Shown piece after piece: positions 1-8,979 of a stretch of 64,000 nucleotides of DNA. Position 1 is the stretch's first letter. Each line of letters starts with the position of its first letter. Source of the DNA: an uncultured Bdellovibrionales bacterium (lineage in GTDB: Bacteria > Bdellovibrionota_C > UBA2361 > SZUA-149 > CAZDWZ01); assembly GCA_964509425.1 (NCBI GenBank), contig CAZDWZ010000005.1, positions 277,859 through 341,858 of the forward strand, in the 5' to 3' direction. The translations under genes and the position numbers were made by a program. Under the pieces are notes generated by a model. The model was given only the letters and a program-made list of their open reading frames with translations. It was not told the origin of the DNA and did not search any database.

Positions 1-188
1 AGGCAAACATCTCGGTTGTCACCGCGCTTGTTCCGAAGATTGGCTACGATCGCTCCGCGAAGCTCGCGAAAGAAGCGCTCGAGACCGGCGAAACATTGCG
101 ATCACTCGTGCTGAAGCATGGGCTTCTCAGCGATGCCGAGGTCGATCAAGCGCTCGACCTCCTTTCTATGACGAAGCCGGGGCTTTAG
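1..188 (+). CDS. C-terminal fragment of an aspartate ammonia-lyase / class II fumarase family protein (5' end lies outside the window).
   Basis: Frame 3 translates without stops to ANISVVTALVPKIGYDRSAKLAKEALETGETLRSLVLKHGLLSDAEVDQALDLLSMTKPGL, then TAG at 186-188. This matches the conserved C-terminus of the aspartase/fumarase family (IGYD..A..AK.A...G.TL.E..L..G.L...E.D..LD). It is missing from the ORF track because it has no start codon in the window. Confidence 0.6.
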   Translation, partial: ANISVVTALVPKIGYDRSAKLAKEALETGETLRSLVLKHGLLSDAEVDQALDLLSMTKPGL

Positions 189-224
189 CTCCGGTGATTG
201 TTCTTTCCGCAGGAGCGGATGACG

Positions 225-722
225 ATGAATGAATTACTCAGGTTCCTGGAGACCAACGGGATCACCTATACCCGCTACGATCATGAACCCCTCTTCACTT
301 GTGAGCAAGCGAAGGTGGCCCTCGCCGGAGCTCCGGGAAGAGGAACGAAGAACCTCTTTCTCCGTGATGAGAAGGGAAAGAAACATTTTCTGCTCGTTGT
401 CAGCGAAGACAAGCAAGTGGATCTTAAAGCACTTTCAAAAAGCCTCGAGGTGAAGCCGCTTTCTTTGGCTTCTCCCGATCGTTTGAAGACCTATCTCGAT
501 CTGGAGCCCGGTTCAGTAACCGTGCTCGCGGTGTTCTCAGATCCTGAAGGCGCCGTCGAGGTTCTCATCGATGAGAGTCTCTCCGGCGCAGAAGCGATCC
601 ATTGTCACCCGCTCGTGAACACATCAACGCTCACCATTTCGTGGGAAGGAATTCTGAAGTTTCTAGAGCTTCGCAGCCATCAGCCGAGAATCATTTCAGT
701 GCCGGTGAGAAACATCCCGTAG
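225..722 (+). CDS. YbaK/ProX-type aminoacyl-tRNA editing domain protein (Cys-/Ala-tRNA(Pro) deacylase family).
   Basis: The track ORF at 198-722 starts with TTG. The ATG at 225 (MNELLRFLETNGITYTRYDHEP...) follows a GGAG motif. Length of about 165 aa and overall pattern fit the YbaK/ProX deacylase domain. Confidence 0.6.
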   Translation: MNELLRFLETNGITYTRYDHEPLFTCEQAKVALAGAPGRGTKNLFLRDEKGKKHFLLVVSEDKQVDLKALSKSLEVKPLSLASPDRLKTYLDLEPGSVTVLAVFSDPEGAVEVLIDESLSGAEAIHCHPLVNTSTLTISWEGILKFLELRSHQPRIISVPVRNIP

Positions 723-1047
723 CTGGCGCTTTCCGCCTATTAAGAGACTCGATCGAAGTGGTTGCGAATTTTGACGGAGGTCGAGGCGAAAAAGCGGCGA
801 GGAGCGGAGTTCGCTACTCGCAAATGCTTGTCGCGCCGAAACTCCAGCGAAGGCGGAAGCACCGCAGCCGCTTTTTCAACGAAGAGATCCGTCAAAAGTC
901 GCAACCACAAAATTGCTTCCCGTTGACCGCGGGGAAGCGCGCGGGATCCGCTAGGAGTCCTTCGTCACAACCTCTTCTGGGTACGAAACACGTCGTTTTT
1001 CGGTATCTGAAGAGGAAGGAGTTGAGACTGACCCGAGCGGGATCAGG

Positions 1048-2163
1048 TTAGCAGGACCGGACGAGCGTCAGGTTGTCCGGGCGCAGGTCCTCGTACTGGG
1101 TCAGGGCGTAGCCGATGCCGGAGATCGTGAGGACGTACTGCCCGGAGCGGAAGGCCGCGCCGAGCCCGGCCAGCCACGAGTACCCGCCGAACTGGCCTCC
1201 GGCGAGGTAGTGCGGCTCGAACGTGGAGCGGTGCTGCCCCGGATTCAGGCCGGCCCGCTTCAGGATGGACGGGATCGCCCGCGCGAGCAGCGGCACGAAC
1301 TTGAGGTGGGCCGCGTCGAGGTGCGGGGGGCCGAAGCGCCGGATGGCCGCCTCGTCGATGTGATCCCCCGGCCGACAGCCGGGCTGCCCGAGGTGGGCCT
1401 TGATGTGCCACCACGGCGCGGCGATGCCGAGCAGCTTCTCGGCCTGCTCCACGGCCCCGTCGTCGCCGAACCCGAGGGAATCGAGATTGCCCAGATCCAG
1501 CACGACCCGGTAGCGGTCACCGAGCTGGCCGTGCATCCGCAGCATGTTCACCGCGCTCTGGCCCATCAGCCCGGCTTCCGTCTCGATGCCCGCGATCAGG
1601 CCCGCGGCATCGGCCAGCGCGAGCGTCTGGCCGGTGATGTCGGTCGCCTCGCCGAAGCAGTGTTCGATGGTCAGGCCGTCGCCGGGGTAGCCGTCGAACA
1701 TCCGGAGGGCGAGCGGCACGCTGTCGGGCCGCCGCACCCGCTTGTCGGCGTTGACCGCGCCGGCGAGGTCGATCACCCGCTTCGCGTAGTCGAAGTACTT
1801 CGCCTTCGGCATCACGGTCCCGCGGACGTTCAGGGTCCCGTCCCCGATGATCTTGACCTTCCCGAGGCGGCTGCCCAGCTCGTCGAGCTGGACCCCCGTC
1901 TCCTCGAAGACGTACCCGAGGAGCGCGAGGAGCTGGGACGGGGTCAAGTCCTCGAAGTGCGTGGCCTTCCCCTGCCGGAGGCAGGAGCGGCCGGCGAAGC
2001 TGGTGCCGCCGAGGACCGCGATGGCGCGCGCGCCGTTCAGGGTGTCGAGGTCGCCTTCGTCGATGAAGGCGCACAGGTTGCTGTTGTTGCCGTCCGCCCG
2101 CGGCAAGCCCAGCAGGGCCCGCGCGAGTTCGGAGTTCTGAGCTGCGTCGTGAAGCGTACTCAC
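1048..2163 (-). CDS. High-GC hypothetical protein, possibly a thiolase-fold / KAS III (FabH)-like enzyme lacking the canonical Asn.
   Basis: A 371-aa ORF with GTG start preceded by AAGGAGGTG. Local GC is about 68-70%, against roughly 55% in the flanks, which produces spurious overlapping ORFs in other frames. The internal IIGDG motif, a WHIKAH segment (compare FabH PHQAN) and C-terminal GQYVLTISGIGYA (compare FabH GxLVLLxxFGGG) suggest the FabH-like fold; GGYSW replaces the GNTS Asn motif. Confidence 0.5.
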   Translation of the reverse strand: MSTLHDAAQNSELARALLGLPRADGNNSNLCAFIDEGDLDTLNGARAIAVLGGTSFAGRSCLRQGKATHFEDLTPSQLLALLGYVFEETGVQLDELGSRLGKVKIIGDGTLNVRGTVMPKAKYFDYAKRVIDLAGAVNADKRVRRPDSVPLALRMFDGYPGDGLTIEHCFGEATDITGQTLALADAAGLIAGIETEAGLMGQSAVNMLRMHGQLGDRYRVVLDLGNLDSLGFGDDGAVEQAEKLLGIAAPWWHIKAHLGQPGCRPGDHIDEAAIRRFGPPHLDAAHLKFVPLLARAIPSILKRAGLNPGQHRSTFEPHYLAGGQFGGYSWLAGLGAAFRSGQYVLTISGIGYALTQYEDLRPDNLTLVRSC

Positions 2164-2434
2164 GCTTCACCTCCTTCTTCTTCTAGTTAGTGGTGTAGGT
2201 CCGTAGAGAGAACGACGTGTTTCACCCGGTGAACCGAGTGCGCGAACTATATGATCGAATTTGATCACATAACAAATCAGTTGGCCGCGATGAGTTTCAA
2301 AGTGATCTCGGTCAGGAAGCGAGATGAAAATGTTATGATCGTGTAGTCATTTATTTATTCATTTTTGGCTTCCTTGACTTCCCGCCGTTGGATGAACAGA
2401 TCGCTCGCATCCAAATAAAACTACAAGGAGTTCT

Positions 2435-3046
2435 ATGGGTTCGGATAACGACAAGACCCTTCAAGCCTACGAAGAGGCGGCCGCTGAGTATGCTTCGAAC
2501 ACATTCGACAAAGTAGAAGGCAGCCTGAAGATTTGGCTCGATGAAAGCGCGAGCCGGATAGGAAAAGATGCCAGGATCTTAGAGCTCGGGTCTGGAGCGG
2601 GGCGGGATGCGTTGTATCTGCTTTCTCGTGGATACGAGGTGGAGTGCTCGGACGGTGCGGCGGCAATGGTCGATCTCCTTCGCGAGAGAGGACTTTCTGC
2701 GAAACAGCTGAATATTCTCACCGATCCGCTGGAAGGGCCCTGGGATCTCATTCTTGCAAACTGCGTTCTGCTTCATTTTGACGAAGAGGAACTTGGTCGA
2801 GCGCTCGATCGCATTCGACAAGCGCTTTCGCCCGCTGGATATTTTGCGGTTGCGATGAAGGGAGGCGACAAAAAACTCTGGGAAACAGAGAAATCCATGC
2901 CGCCAAGGTACATGTGCTACTGGCAGGAAGCTCCGCTCAGGAAGGTGCTCGAAGAAAATGGTTTTGAAATTGTTTCCTCCGCGCAGCATCTGCCGGATGA
3001 AGCCGATAGACCGAGAGTTCGAATGATTTGCAAGAGAGCCCGCTGA
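2435..3046 (+). CDS. Class I SAM-dependent methyltransferase.
   Basis: ILELGSGAGRD glycine-rich SAM-binding motif I, followed by an acidic residue after beta-2 (EVECSDGA). 203 aa. Confidence 0.75.
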   Translation: MGSDNDKTLQAYEEAAAEYASNTFDKVEGSLKIWLDESASRIGKDARILELGSGAGRDALYLLSRGYEVECSDGAAAMVDLLRERGLSAKQLNILTDPLEGPWDLILANCVLLHFDEEELGRALDRIRQALSPAGYFAVAMKGGDKKLWETEKSMPPRYMCYWQEAPLRKVLEENGFEIVSSAQHLPDEADRPRVRMICKRAR

Positions 3047-3111
3047 TCGTTGGCGCAAATTCCGCGCCATGCGACTGCGATTCAAATTGCGGAATTTCGG
3101 GAAACGCTGAC

Positions 3112-3891
3112 TTAGACCGCGATGTCCGCAACCGAGGCGAGCACGTGAGTCGGCCTTATTCCGAGCCGTTCGATGTCCTCTCTCTTCCCGACACCCGAGA
3201 GAAGGAAAATTGTTTCGAGGCCGGCGTTCTGTCCGCAGACGATATCCACATCGAGAATATCGCCAAGCATGACGCACTCAGATGCCGGGAGCCCAAAGTT
3301 CTTCAATGCCATTTGAGGCATAAACGTATTGGGCTTTCCGACCACGAGGTCCGGAGTTCTCCCGGAACAAAATGAGAGTGCCGCTACCATTGTTCCGCCA
3401 CCGGGATGGAGCCGCCCGTTCGCACCCGGGTGAACTGGGTTCGCCGCACAAACGATGAACTCGCATCCGGGGCGGAGCAGGTTCTGAAACGCCGCATCGA
3501 GCGATCGCATGCTGAAATCTTCGTCACGAGCGACCACAATTGCGTCGGCACCAACGTCTACGACCTCGATTCCAAAGGCAGTGAGTTGGTCGACCAGAGT
3601 CTGTGGTCCAAACACGTGAACCTTAACGCCTGGTTTTGACTCACTCAGATACCTTGCACAGGCAGACCCGGAGGTGACGAGTTCTTCGGGGTTCGCATCT
3701 ATACCCATAGCCCGGAGCTTGTTCAGCTGGAATGCGTGGGATTCAGCGGCATAGTTGGTGACGAACGCCACTTTTTTCCCGGCAGCACGAATGCGCCGGA
3801 CCGTTTCGTCCGCCCCGGGCACCATGTCTTTCCCGCGCCAGATGACGCCATCAAGGTCGAAAATAAATCCGCGATATTCTGAAATCTTCAT
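3112..3891 (-). CDS. HAD-superfamily hydrolase, subfamily IIA (NagD/UMP-phosphatase-like).
   Basis: N-terminal FDLDGVIWRG (HAD motif I DxDG), VTNYAAES, a C-terminal GDILDVDI..G motif, and a conserved GKP. Confidence 0.75.
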   Translation of the reverse strand: MKISEYRGFIFDLDGVIWRGKDMVPGADETVRRIRAAGKKVAFVTNYAAESHAFQLNKLRAMGIDANPEELVTSGSACARYLSESKPGVKVHVFGPQTLVDQLTAFGIEVVDVGADAIVVARDEDFSMRSLDAAFQNLLRPGCEFIVCAANPVHPGANGRLHPGGGTMVAALSFCSGRTPDLVVGKPNTFMPQMALKNFGLPASECVMLGDILDVDIVCGQNAGLETIFLLSGVGKREDIERLGIRPTHVLASVADIAV

Positions 3892-4048
3892 GAGGTACCG
3901 TATTTTAGTTCCCGCGCAGGATATCGAAGAAGTGGAGCAGAGTCGAACGTCCGTCGTGTCGAACCATGAGAGAGACGAAAGATTAGAGTGATTTCAAAAG
4001 TTCTGTCTCTTTGAGAATCACTCTCGGGAAGGGTTTCTTAACTGTCTC

Positions 4049-4104
4049 CGGTGCTCTGTGGTTCAATAAAAAAAAATCAAAGAAATGAACCACAGAGCAC
4101 CGGA
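4049..4104. terminator. Perfect 18-bp stem hairpin (CCGGTGCTCTGTGGTTCA / TGAACCACAGAGCACCGG) with an A-rich 20-nt loop; candidate bidirectional terminator or REP-like element between the cysteine desulfurase gene and the HAD gene.
   Basis: The inverted repeat was read directly. It lies in the 246-bp gap downstream of the desulfurase stop (4138, minus strand). A second imperfect hairpin sits at about 3985-4025. Confidence 0.4.
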
Positions 4105-4137
4105 ACCCAGAGAATAAGAGACTTGATCAGAGCTATC

Positions 4138-5298
4138 CTAAGTCTGCACCAGCTCTGCGATGAGGTCGCCCGCCTTCTGAATTTCCGAAGCCGTATTGAA
4201 CCGCCCGATTCCGATGCGGATGCTCGATTGTATTCGCTCGGTCGTAAAGCCCAGAGCGGAGAGGACATGCGAGGACCTTCCCGCAGCAGACGAGCAGGCG
4301 GCGCTGGAGGAGCAGGCAACTTTACCTTGAAGGGAGGAAAGGAGTCGGGCGCTCGTCGTTTTCGGAAAATACAGATTCAAGTTTCCGGGCAGTCGATTCT
4401 CGAGGGGAGGACCGTTCAGCTCGAACTTGGCTCCCGCAGCAGAAAGAATTTCTAGGAATTTCTTGGAGAGCTCGCGAAGCTGTCCGGAGACAGTGGCTCG
4501 TTCCTTCTCAGCAAGCTCGGCAGCCACCCCGAGTCCGACGATTCCCGGCACGTTCAGGGTTCCTGAGCGCAGCCCATGCTCATGCCCGCCGCCGTGGAGG
4601 AGGGGAGAGATTTTTTTCTCCGTGGTTGATTTCCGGAGATAGAGCGCCCCGATTCCCTTCGGCCCATAAATTTTATGCGCCGAGAGTGACAGCAGATCGA
4701 CGCCCAGTGTTTCAACAGAGACCGGAAGCTTGCCGATCGCCTGTGTGGCATCGCAGTGGAGCAGGGCGCCGCGGAGTCGCGTCAGCTTCGAAAAATCATG
4801 GATGGGGTGGAGCGTTCCGATCTCGTTGTTCGCAAGCAAGAGACTCACAAGAACGGTGTTTGGTTTAAACGCAAGCTCGATATCAATGAGCGAAATCTCG
4901 CCGGTCTTCGAAAGACCTGTTTCCGTCAATTGGATCTCACCGCGCTCGGCAAGAAGTCTCAGCGTGTCGAGAGTCGCTTTATGCTCGGTGCCGGCGGTGA
5001 TGACGTGAGGTTTTATGTTCTTTTTCGTCGAGATGGAGTGATGGATCGCTCCTTGGAGCGCAAGATTGATCGATTCCGTGGCACCGCTTGTAAAAATTAT
5101 TTCTTCGGGACTGGCTGAGATTGTTCTCGCAAGGCGCTCGCGAGCGACTTCCACGAGCTCTCCGGCGTACCAGCCGTATTCATGGGAAACGCTCGCCGGG
5201 TTTCCAAAATGTTCTTTGAGAATCGGGAGCATCGCATCGAAAACCCTCGGATCGAGCGGAGTGGTCGCATTGTTGTCGAGATAGATGGAATACTTCAT
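4138..5298 (-). CDS. Cysteine desulfurase, class V aminotransferase (NifS/IscS family).
   Basis: MKYSIYLDNNATTPLDPRV...FTSGATESINLA...SAHKIYGPKGIGALY with the PLP lysine motif SxHK, and a C-terminal SSAACSS active-cysteine loop. 386 aa. Confidence 0.85.
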   Translation of the reverse strand: MKYSIYLDNNATTPLDPRVFDAMLPILKEHFGNPASVSHEYGWYAGELVEVARERLARTISASPEEIIFTSGATESINLALQGAIHHSISTKKNIKPHVITAGTEHKATLDTLRLLAERGEIQLTETGLSKTGEISLIDIELAFKPNTVLVSLLLANNEIGTLHPIHDFSKLTRLRGALLHCDATQAIGKLPVSVETLGVDLLSLSAHKIYGPKGIGALYLRKSTTEKKISPLLHGGGHEHGLRSGTLNVPGIVGLGVAAELAEKERATVSGQLRELSKKFLEILSAAGAKFELNGPPLENRLPGNLNLYFPKTTSARLLSSLQGKVACSSSAACSSAAGRSSHVLSALGFTTERIQSSIRIGIGRFNTASEIQKAGDLIAELVQT

Positions 5299-5304
5299 CG
5301 TTGT

Positions 5305-6324
5305 TTATTTCGAGATCTCCAGCATTCTTTGGAGTGGCTTTACGGCCTTTATGCGGATTTCTTCAGGAATGATGATTTCAGGAGTCTCGTTCAACAGAGC
5401 CTGATGGATTTTTTCCATCGTGCTCATCTTCATGAAGGGACATTCAGCACAATTGCAGTGTTCGCTGTTCGGCACCGCGTAGAATTTTTTCTCTGGAGCC
5501 GCCTTCTCCATTTGGTGAACGATTCCCGCTTCCGTAACGACGATGAACTCTTGCTCAGGCGAAGTGACGGCGTATTTGAGAATCGACGCCGTCGAACCGA
5601 TGTGGTCGGCATGATTTAACACCGATTCAGGACACTCAGGGTGGGCGAGTACGAGCGCGCTTGGATACCGGGCTTTGAATTTGGTGATGGTTTTCGCATC
5701 GAACGTCTCGTGCACCATGCAGGCCCCGGGCCAGAGCACCATGTCTCGCCCGGTTTTTTTTATGAGATAACGTCCAAGGTGCTGGTCGGGTGCGAAGATG
5801 ATCGGTTGATCCTTGGGGATTGACTCGATGATCTTCACCGCGTTTGACGAAGTGCACAGAATATCGCTGAGCGCCTTCACTTCGGCCGAACAGTTCACGT
5901 AGGTGACGACGACGTGGCCGGGATATTTTCTTATGAACTCCCGAAATTGATCGGGGGGGCAATTGTCTGAGAGCGAGCAGCCCGCCTGAAGATCGGGAGA
6001 GAGCACCTTTTTCTCCGGGTTTAGAATCTTTGCGGTCTCGGCCATGAACACAACGCCGGCGAGAACAATTATTTTTGCGGACGTCTCCGCTCCTTTTTGA
6101 GCGAGCCCGAGACTATCCCCCACATAGTCCGCGATATCCTGGATGTCGCCGGTCTGATAGTAGTGTGCGAGGATGACGGCGTTCTTCTCCTTCCGTAACC
6201 GGGATATGTCATCAACGAGCGCTTGGCCGCTCAGTCGAGCCTGTCCCGCTGAGGGTGAGGTGAGATTACCGGCGAGATCACTGGACTCTCGGTTTCGTGG
6301 TATGGGGATTACTGGCGTTTCCAT
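5305..6324 (-). CDS. nadA: Quinolinate synthase NadA.
   Basis: NAVILAHYYQ, FMAETAKIL, and conserved cysteines for the [4Fe-4S] cluster (CSLSDNC, C..HETF, CNCAEC). The stop lies 6 nt upstream of the desulfurase start. The N-terminal ~35 aa of the track ORF may be over-extended. Confidence 0.85.
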   Translation of the reverse strand: METPVIPIPRNRESSDLAGNLTSPSAGQARLSGQALVDDISRLRKEKNAVILAHYYQTGDIQDIADYVGDSLGLAQKGAETSAKIIVLAGVVFMAETAKILNPEKKVLSPDLQAGCSLSDNCPPDQFREFIRKYPGHVVVTYVNCSAEVKALSDILCTSSNAVKIIESIPKDQPIIFAPDQHLGRYLIKKTGRDMVLWPGACMVHETFDAKTITKFKARYPSALVLAHPECPESVLNHADHIGSTASILKYAVTSPEQEFIVVTEAGIVHQMEKAAPEKKFYAVPNSEHCNCAECPFMKMSTMEKIHQALLNETPEIIIPEEIRIKAVKPLQRMLEISK

Positions 6325-6371
6325 AAGAAAAAGGTAGTGCCCGGAGGAATCGCTGTCAAATAACGGCGTCT

Positions 6372-6944
6372 ATGTTCCGTATGGACAATTTTACACCATC
6401 TCACGTGGTCTTGCCGAAAAAGCTCTGGGCTGTGTGCACGGCTGTGGCAGCTTTTGTTTTGTTCTTCTGCGCGGCTCTGCCTTCTTCCGCCTTGGCGCTC
6501 CCTGAAAATAAGTATGGAGTCTCGTGCCGGGTATTCCGGTCTAAGAAAGCGCAGGTTCCCGTTTTTGCAGAGGCAGATCGGAGAAGCGAAGTCGTCGGAA
6601 AATTGTCCCGAAGTGAAGAAGTTTGCGGGATGTCCGAGACAAAGGACTTCGTCACGGTTCTTTGGAACCGAGACGAGGCTGCCGACGCTCCTCCCAAAAA
6701 AGACGTACCGAGAGCCTTCGTCCGGTTGGTCGACCTGTGGCACCCGAAGAATGAGGTCGCCGCTGAGACGAATCAAGCGAAGGAGTGGTGGAAGATGAGA
6801 CAAAACGGAGTCGTCCCAGACGATCCGCTTTTTTGGCTTCGGCCGTTCCTTTCCTTTTTCGGTATTTCAAAGCAAGATGTCCCGATTCCTCAGGCCGCAC
6901 CGGCCAAAACTCCGACTCCGGTTGACGAAGAAGCGGAACAGTAG
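6372..6944 (+). CDS. Hypothetical secreted protein (signal peptide, Pro/Glu-rich C-terminus).
   Basis: N-terminal hydrophobic segment LWAVCTAVAAFVLFFCAALPSSALA followed by a soluble domain. No recognisable motif. Confidence 0.45.
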   Translation: MFRMDNFTPSHVVLPKKLWAVCTAVAAFVLFFCAALPSSALALPENKYGVSCRVFRSKKAQVPVFAEADRRSEVVGKLSRSEEVCGMSETKDFVTVLWNRDEAADAPPKKDVPRAFVRLVDLWHPKNEVAAETNQAKEWWKMRQNGVVPDDPLFWLRPFLSFFGISKQDVPIPQAAPAKTPTPVDEEAEQ

Positions 6945-6999
6945 AGCGGACACACGGGGAACACGATTTGTTCACGGTAAGTCACTCTAGCGTGCGGGC

Positions 7000-8010
7000 T
7001 TGAAATTTTTTCGATATCTCATCTCGGTCCTCATCCTCGTCGGTCTGTTCTGGTGGGTGGGGGCTGCCGATACACTCTCCGTCTTCAAAGAGCTGAACTG
7101 GGGATACGTTGCCATCTTGATTCTGTTCTCATTCGTCCTCATCTGGGCGAGCACGATGAAATGGCGCGTCTTCTCACGAGCCATGGGATATGAAGAATCG
7201 CTCTCGCGGATGATGATGCTCTACTCGATGGGATACTTCTTCAACCTCTTCACGCCCGCTCAAGTTGCCGGTGACGTGATGCGGAGCATCCATCTTGATT
7301 CGAGCGGAGCTCGAAAGGGCGAGGCCCTGGTCGCGACGTTTCTCGAACGGCTTACCGGCCTTCTTGCGATGGCCCTCCTCGGTGTGTTTGCCGTGGCGAT
7401 AGGCGACTCGGCCGCAAAAGGCCTCGAGCTCGCGGTGCTCGCCGTAGCGGCGGCGTCTCTTGGCGGGACGGCCGTGTGTTTCTATGACGTGCTCCGGGTG
7501 CCCACGTTCCGGTTGATTAACTCGGTGTGCGGGAAGCTCCTGCCTCCTGCTTGGGCGGAGAAAATTCGGAAGCTCTTGCTCAAGATCGAAGCGGCCATGA
7601 AACAAGCCCAGCAATCGCGTTTTCTTCTCTCGAAGGGGCTCGCATGGGCGTTCGTATTTCACATTCTTTCGGTTTTCAACGCCTGCGTCGCGGGACTTGC
7701 CGTCGGTTGGGAAGGTCCATCAATTCTGGGTTTCTTCGTTGTCATTCCCCTGGTGCTCATCGCGGGAACCATTCCGCTTACCCCGAGTGGAATCGGGATT
7801 CAGGAAGGCGCTTTCGTTTTTCTGCTCCAACGAATCGGAGCGACAAAGGCCGAGGCCTTCGGGGTCGCGATACTGCTTCGGGCGAAGGCCGTTCTTATTG
7901 CGATAGTTGGAGCCGCCTTCTGGCTCTACTTGAGAAGGATGCGTCGGCTTGCCGAGGAGCCGTCGGTTATCGCCGGTGAGGAAGCGGCCGCTGAGAAAGG
8001 GTTATTGTAG
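7000..8010 (+). CDS. UPF0104 / lysylphosphatidylglycerol-synthase-TM-domain family membrane protein (flippase-like).
   Basis: TTG start, about 8 predicted TM helices, and the characteristic internal GD..R motif (QVAGDVMRS). 336 aa. Confidence 0.6.
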   Translation: MKFFRYLISVLILVGLFWWVGAADTLSVFKELNWGYVAILILFSFVLIWASTMKWRVFSRAMGYEESLSRMMMLYSMGYFFNLFTPAQVAGDVMRSIHLDSSGARKGEALVATFLERLTGLLAMALLGVFAVAIGDSAAKGLELAVLAVAAASLGGTAVCFYDVLRVPTFRLINSVCGKLLPPAWAEKIRKLLLKIEAAMKQAQQSRFLLSKGLAWAFVFHILSVFNACVAGLAVGWEGPSILGFFVVIPLVLIAGTIPLTPSGIGIQEGAFVFLLQRIGATKAEAFGVAILLRAKAVLIAIVGAAFWLYLRRMRRLAEEPSVIAGEEAAAEKGLL

Positions 8011-8979
8011 GCGCAGGTCGTCGAGATAAACTTCCGCGGACTTTCCCTCCTGAATGGGAGGCACGGCGATGATGAGCGATTTGATTTTCGAGATATTCAA
8101 CTTTCTCGACTTCGGGCCATTCAGGATTTTCTCCATCGGGATCGCATATTGAGCGTTTCCCGTTTTCATCGACACTTGAATATTAAACCGGCCGGAGACT
8201 TCCTTGCAGTCCCCGTCGTCGTCGACTCGCACCAAGAGGGGAAACGGCGCTCCGGGGTTAAAGGCGCTAAATCGGAGTTCCGTAAATTTAGACCAATCTT
8301 GCTTTCCCGCTGCGTACATCGCCGGGATCCACATCCCTTGTCGACCTCTTATGTGCAGAGCGAACCCTCCGGTAGCCGGATTAGCTTCGACGCGAGCCGG
8401 TAAATCTTCTGGGAGAATGTGTTTCTCCGACGACCAGAAGAGCATTTCGAGTTCGTCTTCAAAATCCCCGAGTCTTGGATAATGCTGTCTCCGGTAGGCA
8501 TCGGCTGAATACGCTCTCGGAACCTCGCGGAGCAGAAACACGGCGATGGGAAGCAGAAGTGCCAGATAGAGAGCGAATATCTTGATGTTCTTTCGCTTCA
8601 GGAAAAGTGCGCCGCCGAGTCCGCCGTAAAGCGCGCCGATACCGCCGGTGATGAGATCATCAAACTGCTCCGAACGGCCGAAGATCGGTTGAATGACCTC
8701 GATGAGTGCCGCAATAAAGATGCTCACCAGCACCCCGAGAGTTACGAGGAGTGCCTGACGTTTGCCATGATCGAAGGATGGAGTGCGTGACAGGAGAAAG
8801 ATTGCGGTAAACGCCAGAAGTCCAAACAGCGGAAAATGGCCCGCGTCGCAAATGGCGTTCATCGTTTTGTTCCACCCGCTCACGTTCATCGGGGTGAAAC
8901 AGAGTATGAGCGTGGCGGCAAGGACCGCCCCGAAGACCTTCAGTCCGGATCGCTTTTTCCCTTCGGACATTCCGATCAC
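8002..8979 (-). CDS. VanZ-like family membrane protein with a C-terminal soluble extension.
   Basis: Four N-terminal TM segments containing EVIQPIFGRSEQFDDLITGGIGALYG (VanZ E..Q...R...D...N/T..G...G signature). The C-terminal ~170 aa is non-membrane. Confidence 0.55.
   Translation of the reverse strand: MIGMSEGKKRSGLKVFGAVLAATLILCFTPMNVSGWNKTMNAICDAGHFPLFGLLAFTAIFLLSRTPSFDHGKRQALLVTLGVLVSIFIAALIEVIQPIFGRSEQFDDLITGGIGALYGGLGGALFLKRKNIKIFALYLALLLPIAVFLLREVPRAYSADAYRRQHYPRLGDFEDELEMLFWSSEKHILPEDLPARVEANPATGGFALHIRGRQGMWIPAMYAAGKQDWSKFTELRFSAFNPGAPFPLLVRVDDDGDCKEVSGRFNIQVSMKTGNAQYAIPMEKILNGPKSRKLNISKIKSLIIAVPPIQEGKSAEVYLDDLRLQ

Noticed and set aside
602-1051. A 149-aa plus-strand ORF in the gap between the YbaK-like gene and the high-GC island.
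   Set aside because: It overlaps the 3' end of the upstream gene, has no SD, and its translation is Arg/Ser-rich and non-protein-like. The 325-bp region is more likely non-coding.
1210-2190. A 326-aa plus-strand ORF and several minus-strand off-frame ORFs over the first high-GC island.
   Set aside because: Arg/Pro/Gly-rich low-complexity translations characteristic of wrong frames in 70% GC DNA. Only the 1048-2163 minus frame has an SD and a fold-like sequence.
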